The notes below the pieces were generated by a model, which had not been told where the DNA came from, did no database searches, and saw only the letters and a list, made by a program, of their open reading frames with translations. A stretch of 63,140 nt of DNA, the filler included, from Octopus bimaculoides (lineage: Eukaryota), in the NCBI RefSeq assembly GCF_001194135.2. It is 5 parts of 5 records of this genome, joined end to end, with 100 filler letters (N's around TTAATTAATTAA, not from the genome) between each part and the next. Parts side by side here need not be neighbours in the genome. Positions count along the whole stretch, not along the records: positions 37,432 to 63,140 come from NC_068995.1; 4 more parts are not named here. One strand, given 5' to 3'. Shown here one piece after another: positions 39,764-51,199 of this stretch. The first letter of the stretch is position 1, and every line of letters starts with the position of its first letter. The position numbers and the translations under genes are program-made.

Positions 39764-40359
39764 CTGTTTAAAATCAAAGAGAAGGGATAACAAAGTAAAA
39801 TAAGAGTAAAAAAATATCCTACAAAGATTGGTAAGTTTGATGAGAAACTTGGGTGTGGCATAATTCATTCTTCAGCAACATCCAGCTATAATTTAATCTC
39901 AGTTACTTCAGTTGTGTTTTAAATCATGTAACCTAATTAGAAGCTTCATGTAGTTGATGAGTGATTAATTAACCAAAAAGAAAACGCTACCAATAGAATG
40001 AGGGGTAGAGAGCTGTGATCATATGTGTTAATGATTCAACCAGTTTGCCACCTTAATAATAACAGTACAAAAAAATATATTTAAAGACTGCTTTTGTAGA
40101 TATTGTGTAAAATCCTATGTTTCTAGCTTTAGGGAAACAGGAGACATTACATAGAGGAGTTAACTTATAGGCACATTATCCCTGAAAAATAGGTCTATTA
40201 GCCAAATATAAGTGTGCAATCTGTACTGCAAAAGACTGACCTTGGGTTAAACAGCAACAACTTCTGCAGAGAAGTACAAATCAAATACACAAACTTTGTG
40301 GTTATTTGTTCTGCAAGAAATATCATGCTCAAATCTCCCTTAAATCACAGATGAGATGG

Positions 40360-40660
40360 TCATGGTTAGAAAGCCTTTGATCGGCTTCACCTCAACCTGT
40401 TGGAGGAGTCTAAGGAAAACAATAACAACAAAGATTCTGACAAACTGGTTTGGGAGCCTCTGTAGTGCCATTGGAATTGCTAGACATAGCAGTCAAATCA
40501 CCCTCAAATCACACCCTGCCATCTTTTTTTCAAGGGACACATTAGATAATGCAGTCCTAGTTATTCCATTTCTGGGAGAAAGTCATGAAATGGTCACAGC
40601 TGGAACACCACTAATCATTCATTTACTCTATTTCAGGGTTGACCTGGCTGGACATCGAAA
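40360..40660 (-). mobile_element. Interspersed repeat family C (other copies at about 4200-4290, 35070-35140, 38870-39060, 43340-43510, 47640-47950)
   Basis: Recurrent motif GGTGTGATTTGAGGG...GCTGCTATTTCTAGCAGG...GAGGCTCC in both orientations. Class unresolved. Confidence 0.6.
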
Positions 40661-40758
40661 CAACTGTGATTTAGACTTCCAAAAATAGTTTTAAAACAAA
40701 AAATCAAAGAGAATTATGTGAAAAGGCCAAAAGAAGTTATAAAAATGAAACTGCTTAC

Positions 40759-40902
40759 TTTCTTGATAACTGTCATGATGGTGTTATTGCCCAGCTTCTT
40801 TAAACCAAAAGCTTGTATGTTAAATGAACCAATTTTAAGAGAGGAAACTATCTGTTGAAGGCCAAACAGGGCCAAGAAAGCTAACAGCACAATCCTCCTC
40901 AT
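40759..40902 (-). CDS. DNASE1: Deoxyribonuclease I family protein, first coding exon (signal peptide plus N-terminus of mature enzyme); partial gene
   Basis: Translates MRRIVLLAFLALFGLQQIVSS-LKIGSFNIQAFGLKKLGNNTIMTVIKK (144 nt, 48 aa). A hydrophobic signal peptide precedes a match to the DNase I start (human LKIAAFNIQTFGETKMSNATLVSYIVQ), including the N-x-T sequon. It ends at a phase-0 donor AAGAAA|GTAAGC, the position where I recall vertebrate DNASE1 having its first coding intron. The symbol is family-level only; orthology is not tested. Confidence 0.9.
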
Positions 40903-41159
40903 GATTAACAATGAATAATTAATACTTCACTTGTGAAAGCTCTCAGTTGATATCTCCTCTGGTCTGCACTAAGATCAGCAGTTTGATATATATATATATA
41001 TATATACATGTACATAAACATACATATATCTGTGTATATGTGTGTATAAATATATGTATATGTATATATGTATACACGCATACATATATATACATATAGA
41101 GGCACGCACTTCATGCACACATACATATGTATGTCTATTCGTGTCAAACCTTTTTGACT

Positions 41160-41467
41160 GATATCATCATCATCATCATAATGTGATCATTGATAATATG
41201 ATGATGATGATGATGATGATGATGACAATTATGATAACAATTACGATGAGTGGAATGATTATGTTAATGCTGCTGCTGCTGCTGCAGCTATTGTTATTGT
41301 TGTTGTTGCTGTTGCTGCTACCACTGCTGCTACCACTGCTGCTACCACTGTTGGTCAGTGCTATGAGTGTATGTGTGTGTGCATGTAGAAAGTGGTGGTG
41401 GTTTGAAAGACATGAGAGAAAAAGACAGAAAGAAGTTGTAGGCAAGAATCTCCACATAATAAGAAAC

Positions 41468-41525
<58 letters not shown>

Positions 41526-41535
41526 GTAATAATAA
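41160..41535. repeat. (GAT)(GCT)(AAT) compound microsatellites upstream of the DNase I start codon
   Basis: Directly visible. Confidence 0.9.
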
Positions 41536-42354
41536 TGGAGTTATAATAAGAAAAAGTAACAACGTGACTGTTTTATTGACGTTTTTCAATTAAACTATAA
41601 TTATTAATCATTTCACCTTCTGTGGACACATCTTTCCATCATTTTGTTTATAAAAGGATTTATTTCATGGCAAAAAGGACCACTTAATTGGGCTTTTTTT
41701 CTTTTTCTTTTTTTGTTTTGTATTCCATTTTTGTATTGTTCTCCTCCCTGCCACCCCACTCACACCATTTTGTTTGTATTTTTTTCACTAACATTTCTTC
41801 CTATCCTTCTTCAAAAACAAATATTTCTTTTATTATTCTAATAATTGAGAATATAAAAGTACAACACATATTTACAGCTTTTTCCTTTCTTTCTTTTATA
41901 ACAAAGTGAGACGTGCTACTTGCCAAAAAAAAATGGTTTGCTTAAGTAAAACAACAACAAGGCTTCAACACAAAAAAATTCAATGTTCAGCAGATGTTGA
42001 GTTCAAATATGGTTTGTAACCCATGTCATTCCTGATGAGGTGTAACGATATTAAAACATGCCTACAAGTGTCTCCTATTCTTAACCAAATATTGCACTCG
42101 CTCCCCACTCCACTCACTATATTCTACTATTTAATCCAAATTCCAGATTTGTCTCCTCTGCTTTTTTTCAACCACAATTAATCATTAATAATCTTTTTTT
42201 CTCCTCATTGTCAGTAGAATTTTATTGTTTTTGTATTTGGCTTGCAAGATTCTTGATCTGAAAAACAGATATTGTTGTAGGTTAGGATGGAGGATGATTT
42301 TCGCAATAAGAAACAACATTGCTTCTATTTCATTGCTTTTTATTATTACTATTT

Positions 42355-42566
42355 GGTGGCGAGCTGGCAGAATCATTAGCACACTGGGCAAAAGGCTTAG
42401 CAGCATTTCATCTGTCTTCAAGTTCTGAGTTCAAGTGCTGCTGGGGCTGGCTTTACCTTTCATCCTTTTGAGGGTTAATAAAATAAATACCAGTTGAAAA
42501 CTGAGGTCGATAATAATCGATTTAACCCCTCCCAAAACTGCTGGCCTTATGCCAAAATTTGAATCC
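42355..42566 (+). mobile_element. SINE family B, full length, CpG-decayed, 11-bp TSD
   Basis: Flanked by TTATTACTATT at 42343-42353 and 42567-42577. Confidence 0.85.
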
Positions 42567-42744
42567 TTATTACTATTAGTCAGCTAGTTAACCAATTAAC
42601 TATTTACCGAATTAGTTTGCTTGAGTCTACAGAGACTTGGAGTCAGTAAGACAGATCTAGAAGAATGAAGACAAATCGTTGTGGGGTGGGGGAGTTGAGA
42701 ATGGTGTTGAAAAGACAGACAAACCTGCTGACAGATTAATTGAT

Positions 42745-43148
42745 TCTTTTATCTTTTATCTTTTACTTTCAGTCATTAGACTGTGGCCATGCTGGGGCAC
42801 CACCTTGAAGATATTTTAGTCAAATGAATCAACCACAGTACTTATGTTTTTAAAGCCTGGTACTTATTTTATCAGTGACTTATGCCAAACTGCTAAGTTA
42901 TGGGGACATAAACACACCAACACTGATTGTCAGGCAGTGGTGGGGGACAAACACGGACATAAAGACACACTCACACACACATATATGATGGGCTTCTTTC
43001 AGTTTTAATCTACCAAATTCACTCACAAGGATTTGGTCAGCCCAAGACTATAGTAGGAGACACTTGCCCAAGATGTCACACAGTGGGACTGAACCCAGAA
43101 CCATGTGGTTGGGAAGCAAGCTTCTTACCATACAGCCACGCTTGTGCC
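42745..43148 (-). mobile_element. SINE family A, full length, CpG-decayed
   Basis: Same family, with CG sites read as TG or CA (e.g. TGCCAAACTGCTAAGTTATGGGGACATAAAC). Confidence 0.9.
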
Positions 43149-44324
43149 TTTGAACAATTAATGAGGCAACTGATTAATTAATTGTTAATTAGTTGACTAT
43201 TAATGATAAAAATAATTGAAATAGAACCAGTGCATGCATTTCTTCTTGGCACAAATAACGTCCCCACCTTCCTTGAATACAACAAAATTAATAAAATGTT
43301 AATTGTTAGCAGCTACTTTACCAATTATTGTTGTTGTTGTTGTTTAGCCCGAGGTCCTGCAAACCTACCATCTAGGGTATTCTAACTTTGACCACCTCAT
43401 CTTATTCTTCAGGTAGTCACATTATCTGATGTATCCTTCCATATTTAAGACAGTAAGAAATATGGTGATTTAGCTGCTGTTTCTAGCAGGAGGCTCTAGA
43501 TGGTCATTTGACCACAGAGAGACTACATTAGATTGTTGTTGTCCAAGTACATTATTGATCAAAAGTGTTCTGGCCATGACTATCACGTCTTTTGTAAAAG
43601 CTAGCCCCAACCTGGTGCTATGTTCTGTGAGTATTATAAGAGGAGTGGAGGTTGTGTTGATGGAATGAAAGGTGATGACATTGGTGGCATGGAGTAGCGA
43701 AAACGTGTTGCATAGGATGTAGAGTACAACTAAGAGTGTGAGTAGAGTCGAAGGTCTTGATGTAGTGTTTTAGATGTTTATGTTCTTCTTTATCACACCC
43801 AATTTTCTTATCATTTGTGTTGTTTTTATTCATTTTCCTATCCTGCAGTCTGCTTGTTTCTTTAGGAAGAGTCTGAGATATCTGCCAGTGTACAGAGGGG
43901 TTTCGTTCTTGTCTGTAATAGTTATATCTGCATGATTTACCTCAATCTCCTCATTTTAACAGGAATCCTAACATAGCTGTAGTCACTGTAAACTACTTAG
44001 TTTATCAAATGTTATTTATTACATCACTATTTCCCTTTTTCACACCTTTCTGCCAGTCAGCATCCTTGTCTGTTTATATGGTGAGGGGACACAAAATTAG
44101 TAACTGTAGCAAAATTAGTAATTTATGATTTCTTATTATTCTCTCCGACTTGTTTGAAACCATTATATTGCAAGTACTGCATCATCCTTTTGTACTATTG
44201 CATCATCTTTAGAAGTAAAAATTGGTCAGCATAGTTGCTGTTGTTGAAGTCAAGAGAGTCTGGAATGTAGTCAGATGACAGATACTTTTTTCAAGAAATT
44301 TTTCCTCAACTTTGATCGAATTGT

Positions 44325-45787
44325 AATTGAGAAAAACTCCATAAGTTGTACCCAGTGTAAGCTATGGACACATAAGAGGTGCAGCAATATCAAAGGAAGG
44401 CTAACTGGGAAGATAGTTTTTGTATGTGGCAGATACTCAGGAGCAATAAACACTGAAAATATGCAGAAAACAACCTTTGCCACATTCCAGGGAGAAAAAC
44501 TAGAAGTAGTTAATAGCTTCCATTATCTAGGTGACCAAGTTAGTAGTGGGGGAGGGTGCGCTGAAAGTGTAGCTGTTAGAATAAGAATAGCCTGGGCAAA
44601 GTTTAGAGAGCTCTTACCTCTGCTGGTGACAAGGGGCCTCTCACTCAGAGTAAAAGTATGACGCATGTGTACGAACCACCATGCTACATGGCATTGAAAC
44701 ATGGGCCGTGACTGCTGAGGACATGCGTAAGCTTGCAAGGAGCGAAGCCAGTATACTCCAATGGATGTGTAATGTCAGTATACATACTCGACAGAGTGTA
44801 AGTACCTTGAGAGAAAAGATGGACCTAAGAAGCATCAGTTGTGGTATGCAAGAGAGATGATTGTGCTGGTATGGTCATGTGGCAAGAATGGATGAGGATA
44901 GCTGTGTGAAAAAGTGCCACACCCTAGCAGTTGAGGGAACCTGTGGAAGAGGTAGACCCAGCAAGACCTGGGATGAGGTGGTGAAGCATGACCTTCGAAC
45001 TTTAGGCCTCACTGAGGCAATGACTATTGACCGGGACCTTTGGAAATATGCAGTGCATGAGAAGACCCGGCAAGCCAAGTGAGACCATAATCCATGGCCT
45101 CTGTCAGAAGTGTAGCCAGCTCACTAATTCGTATCTTTACTTCATTGGACACTAAACCCTGCTTGCAAAAACCTGTTGAGGCAAGTGAAATCAAAATCGA
45201 AATTGAACCAAATTCGACGACTGGCACCAATGCCAACCTCTCCTTCATTGGACACTAAACTCTGCTTGCGAAGACCGGTTGGGGCAAGTGAAATCGAAAT
45301 CGAAATTGTAATTGAACCATATTCAATGACTGACACCTGTGCTAGTGGAGCACTAACAGCACCGTCCAAGCGTGATCATTGCCAGAGCAGCTGTCTGGTT
45401 TCCATGCCGGTGGCACGTAAATAGCACCATTTGAGCATGATCGTTACTAGCATCGTCTTACTGGCACATTAGAAAGCATTCAAGCAAGGTCGTTGCCAGT
45501 GCCGCTGGACTGGCTCCTGTGCAGGTGGCACGTAAAAAACATCATTTTGAGCGTAGCCGTTACCAGTACTGCCTGACTGGCCCTCGTACCAGTAGCACAT
45601 AAAAGCACCCACTACACTCTTGGAGTGTAGTGGCATTAGGAAGGGCATCTAGCTGTAGAAACTTTGCCAGATCAGATTGAAGCCTGGTGCAGCCATCCAG
45701 TTCACCAGTCCTCAGTCAAATCATCCAACCCATGCTAGCATGGAAAGCGGACATTAAACGATGAGGATGATGATAATGATGATGATG
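44325..45787 (+). mobile_element. RTE-clade LINE, 5'-truncated, with PHD-like finger, long 3' UTR and (GAT)n tail
   Basis: CTQCKLWTHKRC...FVCGRY; LEVVNSFHYLGDQVSSGGGC; RIRIAWAKFRELLPLL; WYGHVARMDEDSCVKK...GRGRPSKTWDEVV; stop at 45082; tail AAACGATGAGGATGATGAT. Confidence 0.92.
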
Positions 45788-46379
45788 TTGCTAATAAAAT
45801 ATCTGGATATTTGGTGTTTAACAATCAATATTCTTTTCTCTGTTGGATTCCAAGTCAATTTTTTCCCACACTAATGCCTAATTTGATTAATTTTTAAGTT
45901 TTAGAAAATGATGCCTAAAATAAGGTAGAATGAGTAATGACTAATTTCAATAATTTTTTCCTCTTTAAATGCAGATCGTGAAGAAGCTATAGAGAATATT
46001 TTATGCTGAGTTATTTTGATTTAATCAAGTTTCATTAATTTCATATCATGTGCCATTTTTCCATGCACCCTTTTCATTTTAAATTTTTGCTGCATTTACA
46101 ATTTCTGATGCCTAAGGATGGATAGTGATGTGTATGAGTCTGTTTTTGAAAGTCATTCTGCAGCAGTGGCAGCTCGTGTATAGGCACTGTGGAACTGCAC
46201 CCCCACTATTACCACTCTTTCTTTATACTTGTACATTATATAATCCTTAAGCTTAATGTCAGTAGCCATCCCCTAGTTTATGAAAAAAATATAAAATCCT
46301 TGTATAGAATTGTGTGCTTCACAGTTCCAGCAATGCAGTGTTTGACTGTTGTGCACATGCTCACATGTCCAAGATAGGA

Positions 46380-46700
46380 AGCTGTAGTGTATGTGTGCTC
46401 CATCGCGCTCTTCATCCGATGAAGTGGCTATCCTGCGCAGGTCCAGCACGTGACGCGCATTCCATCCACGGATACATTGTTTCTGGAATTGACTGCTGTC
46501 ACTGTTCCCCTGCCCCATTGTGATGTGCAGCGTGCCTTCGGCGGCTTGACCCAAATTTCCTCCCCTACTTTCACACCAGCGGGTCCCTTCTCTTCCAGTC
46601 AACTCGCCCTTCCGGTCAGCTCCCCAGTCGCTCACGTCATACCACAGAAGCTTCACACTAGGGAGAGAAAGCACTGTGTGAACAACAGTGCTGAGTGAAA
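46380..46700 (-). mobile_element. Gypsy-type LTR retrotransposon, integrase C-terminal remnant
   Basis: VKVGEEIWVKPPKARCTSQWGRGTVTAVNSRNNVSVDG, then after a frameshift RHVLDLRRI. Recognised from recalled pattern; no LTRs delimited. Confidence 0.6.
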
Positions 46701-48289
46701 GGTAGTGTTTCTTTTTGACTCTATATGTGTTGTGCTTAAAAACATGTTTATATTCTTGAATTTGATAAAGTGTAGAATTAGATTATTATCCTGCTTCCAG
46801 CTTCAGTGTTGCTGCCAGGATTTGAAAAATAGGGCAGATTTTCCCCCTTTTTATGTAATTTAGGGGGGATTTTTGAAAAACAAGGGAGAATTCATGGCAG
46901 TGTTCAATGTACAAATTAAACATACTACCCAGCAATGGCTAAAACACAAACCAATCAAGTTTATGCATAAAAATTCTTTTTATATGTTTGTTTCCTTTTA
47001 CACAATGGCTAAAAATGTTCTGAAGCAGCACCCCCCACTAATTTTATCTACAAGCCACCACTGTTCTGGAGAACTGACAAGGCAAATTTATCTTATCTTG
47101 GCTTACTCATTTTGGCCCAGCTATATGCTTTTTATATGCTCGAAGAGAATGACGATAATTTTCTGAAATAGTGTTCAGATTATGTTATAACGTTTTTAAT
47201 GCACTTAGAGAAGGTCATTTATTTAGCTGATAAAGTTTTTCTTCACAAAGTCAAAAATGCAGTAAAAACTCCTCGTTGTTCCCCACTCCCCCACTGTCAT
47301 TCTGGCTTTGCGAGAATTGGACTGTCAGAAATTAAGGTCAAATGTTGCAGTGCATTGATTGCGAAGTCCCTGCCTGATGCCAACCTCTTGTTTTACTACT
47401 TTAAGGTCAGTATTAGTCCTGCACATCTTAAATCCGATTTTGAATTCCTGTCTTTTGTTCAGTGTGTCAGCCATAAATGGCTTTCACATGAACTTCTCTC
47501 TCTACTGACTCTTGTTCTGTAGTCCACAATCTGCTGCCCTGGTGACACTAAAAGAAGACATTGTGATAGCAAATAAAGAAATGTTTGTTACGGTTCTTAT
47601 TGTTCTTGTTCTTGTTGTCGTCTAAAATCAAATATAATTCGTATATTCCAATCACAGCCGTCTCACCCCAAGTTTAACAAAGTGGAAGGGAGATAACTAT
47701 GTTGTACCGTATGTTCTAGCTTCTAGTCATCCCACCAGCCAATGAGGGAGATACGACGTAGTCATTCAACCTGCTAGAAAGAATAGCCAAGTTTCCCTTA
47801 AACAAAACCATACCATTTTAAAAATTGCAAGGATACATTAGCTAATGTATTCAAAGATGCAATACCCTTGAAAAAAATAGGTGTTGCTCATGTTTAGAAC
47901 GACTTCGATCATAATTCTGCAGAATCGGAACTAACCAAAGGTTAAATGGTAACAACCATATAAGCTTATTCTATTATCTCCCAATACAAAAATTAAACCT
48001 TATTTACTTGGTAGGGATCTAGATGTCGCCACACAGTCTAAGGAACAACTAAAAATCTTCAGAAATATGAAACAGTGGTACCCACAAGCAAGGCCGTAGA
48101 CTGAAACCTGTAAAAAGAAATACAATAATGATTAAAAAGAAAAACAAGAACAAATCTTTTATAAAATAGCAAGGATCCTATAGTACGTCACTTTTGTCTA
48201 GTTAACTATACTTGGTAACTTTGACTGACTGATGAATTCACTGAAATGTTAATAGAGATGAATTTTACAAACTTATGTTTGTATATATA

Positions 48290-49930
48290 TATATTTCTCT
48301 AGACAGCCAGCTCAAATAATTGAGCTGCCACAGCCTTCCACTCATGTTTGTTCTGTGCCAGTCTGTACAGTACTGAACAACTTCCACCACTAGCTTCTTT
48401 GATATTATCACTAAATCTGGTTTTGGGTCTTCCTGTTCTTTTGCCACATGCTGCATCTGTTAATAGAGACTTGTCAAGGTCTTGTCTTCTAAGTATATGG
48501 CCACTGAAGTTCTGTTTGCTTTTCATGGTAGTATTTAACAGTGTTTCCTAGCAATTTATCTTGTGAAGAACCTGCTCATTAGTTCTTTTATCCATTCAGT
48601 TTATTCTGAGAAAGCATCTAAAACCCTATTGTTTAAATGCTTCAATTTTCCTTTTATCAATTTTCTTTATAATCCAGCATTCAGCTTCATAGGTAGCTAT
48701 ACTAAATATCAATGAATTGTGGAGTCATTTTTCTGTCTGCAAGGGGATGGCCTTATGCTTCCATATGCTGTTCAGTGATATCATGGCACTCATGGATGAT
48801 ATGCCAAGTCTTCTCTTGATTTCATAGGTGTCATTGTAGTCACTGGTAGTAAAAGTACCAAGGTACACAAATTCTGTTATGCATTTGATATTTTCATTGT
48901 TTATTGTTATACAAACTTGTTCACTGTTTGTTATGCTTTTAGTTATTTTTGTTACTTTTGTTTCTGGGAGTTTAGATGAAGCCCAGTTTCAGTACTTGCA
49001 GCGTTTACTCTGCATACTTCATATTTATGACATCTTTGCTATAAATTTTGATACCACATAGTACGTCTCTCATTATTACCTTAGAATATACAGAGTGGGT
49101 CAAAAGTCATGCACCAAAACATTTGACATTTTATTTATATTGTATTACTATTATTGTTATTCATTTTGTTCATCACGTACAAGCATGTGTGTATTCATCA
49201 TCATTTTATTTATTATATTCAATTTTTAAAAATTTGAAGTACGTCTTTGACAATTCCCGTGTGTATTTGAACTTATTTTGTACATAGTTTTTGGCCCACC
49301 CTATATATCAAAGAGGTGTGGAGAAAATATGCAGCCCTGGAGGACCACCTTGTCCAATATGAAACCAGTCTGTTAGTCTATGGCTTTTCAAGCTGCTGCA
49401 CTTTGGCATATAAGTTTTTGATAAGGTCTGCTATATGAGAAGAGAATCCCATTTTGATCATCATGTGAGACATTATCAAAGGCTGTTGTGTAATCAATGA
49501 AACATAGAAAGATGTCTTTATTATATTCACAATTCTTTTCAATAACCATTTTAAGATTCAATATCTGGTTTCTTGTTCCTCTTTCAAGCCTAAAACCTGC
49601 CTGTTCTTCAGTAATTTCTTCTGCTAACTTCATTTTTCTTCCACACGAGATGATTTGAGTAGAATTTTGCTAAAGTGACTTATCAATGCAATAGTTCCAT
49701 TGTTATTGCATTGCTGGACATTTCTTTTTTGACCTTGCTGGATGAATATTGACCTAACCCAACCATCAGACCAGCTTTTACTTATCCAGCTTGAGGAGCA
49801 CAGTTTATTGCCACCTTTAATTATCTCAGCTGTTATGTTTTTGAAATATACTCTTTTTCATTATTTCTGTCAGTTCATTTTTGTTTCATCTCTCTCCTTG
49901 GAGTAATGCAACTAGTTAAGCAGCCCACCT
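48290..49930 (-). mobile_element. RTE-BovB-like LINE RT remnant, interrupted
   Basis: EEQAGFRLERGTRNQILNLKMVIEKNCEYNKDIFLCFIDYTTAFDNVSH; C-terminal FSGHILRR...GKRTGRPKTRFSDNIK. Confidence 0.85.
49091..49303. mobile_element. Tc1/mariner-type MITE nested in a LINE remnant
   Basis: TA|CAGAGTGGGTCAAAAGTCATGCAC ... GTACATAGTTTTTGGCCCACCCTA|TA imperfect TIRs. Confidence 0.7.
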
Positions 49931-50139
49931 ACTTAATCTAACATTGACATATTGATATTTATATTTACCTTAATTTATTTATACATATATCTGTAGCACC
50001 AGTAATGCTTACATTTACAATGTTCATAATTCTTATATTTACAACGCCGCTAACACTTACTCCTAACCCTGGTAGGGGCAACAATCTTAACATGCTTGAA
50101 TATTTGAATGTTGACAGGTCAAAAGTGAGAACAGGTGTA

Positions 50140-51199
50140 GCATGTCAATCAAACAAACACGGAAACCTTCTTTCCAAGCGCTGAATAACATCTTCCCTTC
50201 CCATGCTTCCTTCCACATTCCTTTCCCAGTTTTTAAAGTTGGCACTGTCATTGAAAGGTAGGTCTAGTGAGATTGTAGAGATGCTTGAAAGGAGACGTGT
50301 TGATGTATGCTGCATACAAGAGGTAAGATGGAGAGGAGCTTCAGCCAGGGTCCTCCCAGGCAAGGCATATAGGTAGAAAATCTTCTGGGATGGTAACAGC
50401 GATGGAGTAAAGGGTGTAGGCATACTCCTTGCAGAGAAATGGGTGGATAAGGTCATAGAGGTAGTCAGGGTGTGCGATAGAGTGCTTAAGCTCAGACTAG
50501 TCTTGCAGAATAGTATGGCTACAATTATCTCTGCCTATGCCCCACAAGCAGGCCTACCAAATGATCAGAAGGACCACTTTTATTATATCCTTCTACAGGC
50601 TACCTCAAGGACGAGTATCAATGACCTCATCTTCATGGCTGGAAATTTTAATGGGCGTGTTGGACAGCAATCTGGTATCTTCCATGGTGTTCATAGAGGC
50701 TATGGAATTAGTTCCTGAAATGAAGAGGGAACTAGACTACTGGAGTTCTGTGATGCAAGCAACCTATTATTCTGCAACACCAACTTCAGGAAGCCAGAGA
50801 GCCACTTGATAACTTATCAATCAGGCAACTCTGCTAGCCAGATTGATTTCATCCTCACCAGACAGCGGGATGCATGGTTGCTCTTAAATACAAAGACCCT
50901 CGCTGGTGAAGAATGCCCCCCCCCCCCAGCATGGACTAATCATTAGTGACTTTAGACTTGAGGCCAGAAGGATGCCAAGAAGCAGACCAATTTGGAAAAG
51001 AAGGATTTGGAAGCTTAAGAAGCCTTCACATGGTCAGAGGTTTAGGAACATCCTCACTGTGAAATTTTATGAGAGGGAGGAAGAGCTTATGACATAGAGG
51101 GTAACTGGAAATTCTTATGTGACAGTTTACTGAGTGCCACAGGCCAAATCTGCAGCTGGTGCAAAGTCCCTTCCAGACCTAGGGTAATGTGATGGTGGA
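50140..51199 (+). mobile_element. RTE-clade LINE, apurinic endonuclease domain remnant
   Basis: RRVDVCCIQEVRW; IISAYAPQAG; MAGNFNGRVG; NTNFRKPESHLITYQSG; SQIDFILTR; QHGLIISDF. Broken at about 51200 by the Penelope remnant. Confidence 0.9.

Noticed and set aside
40759-40902. DNase I-like exon as a LINE apurinic-endonuclease remnant (same EEP fold)
   Set aside because: It has a signal peptide, the DNase I-specific FNIQxFG motif, an intact frame and a canonical donor, unlike the decayed APE at 50140-51199.
42028-42062. CTGATGA followed by AAAAC as a hammerhead or C/D snoRNA box
   Set aside because: No GAAA, no paired stem II and no partner box or terminal stem.
46273-46698. ORFs of 133, 69 and 82 aa as host genes
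   Set aside because: Better explained as alternative frames over a frameshifted Gypsy integrase fragment.
47199-47522. 107-aa plus-strand ORF as a gene
   Set aside because: No recognisable family; kept only as a weak exon candidate.
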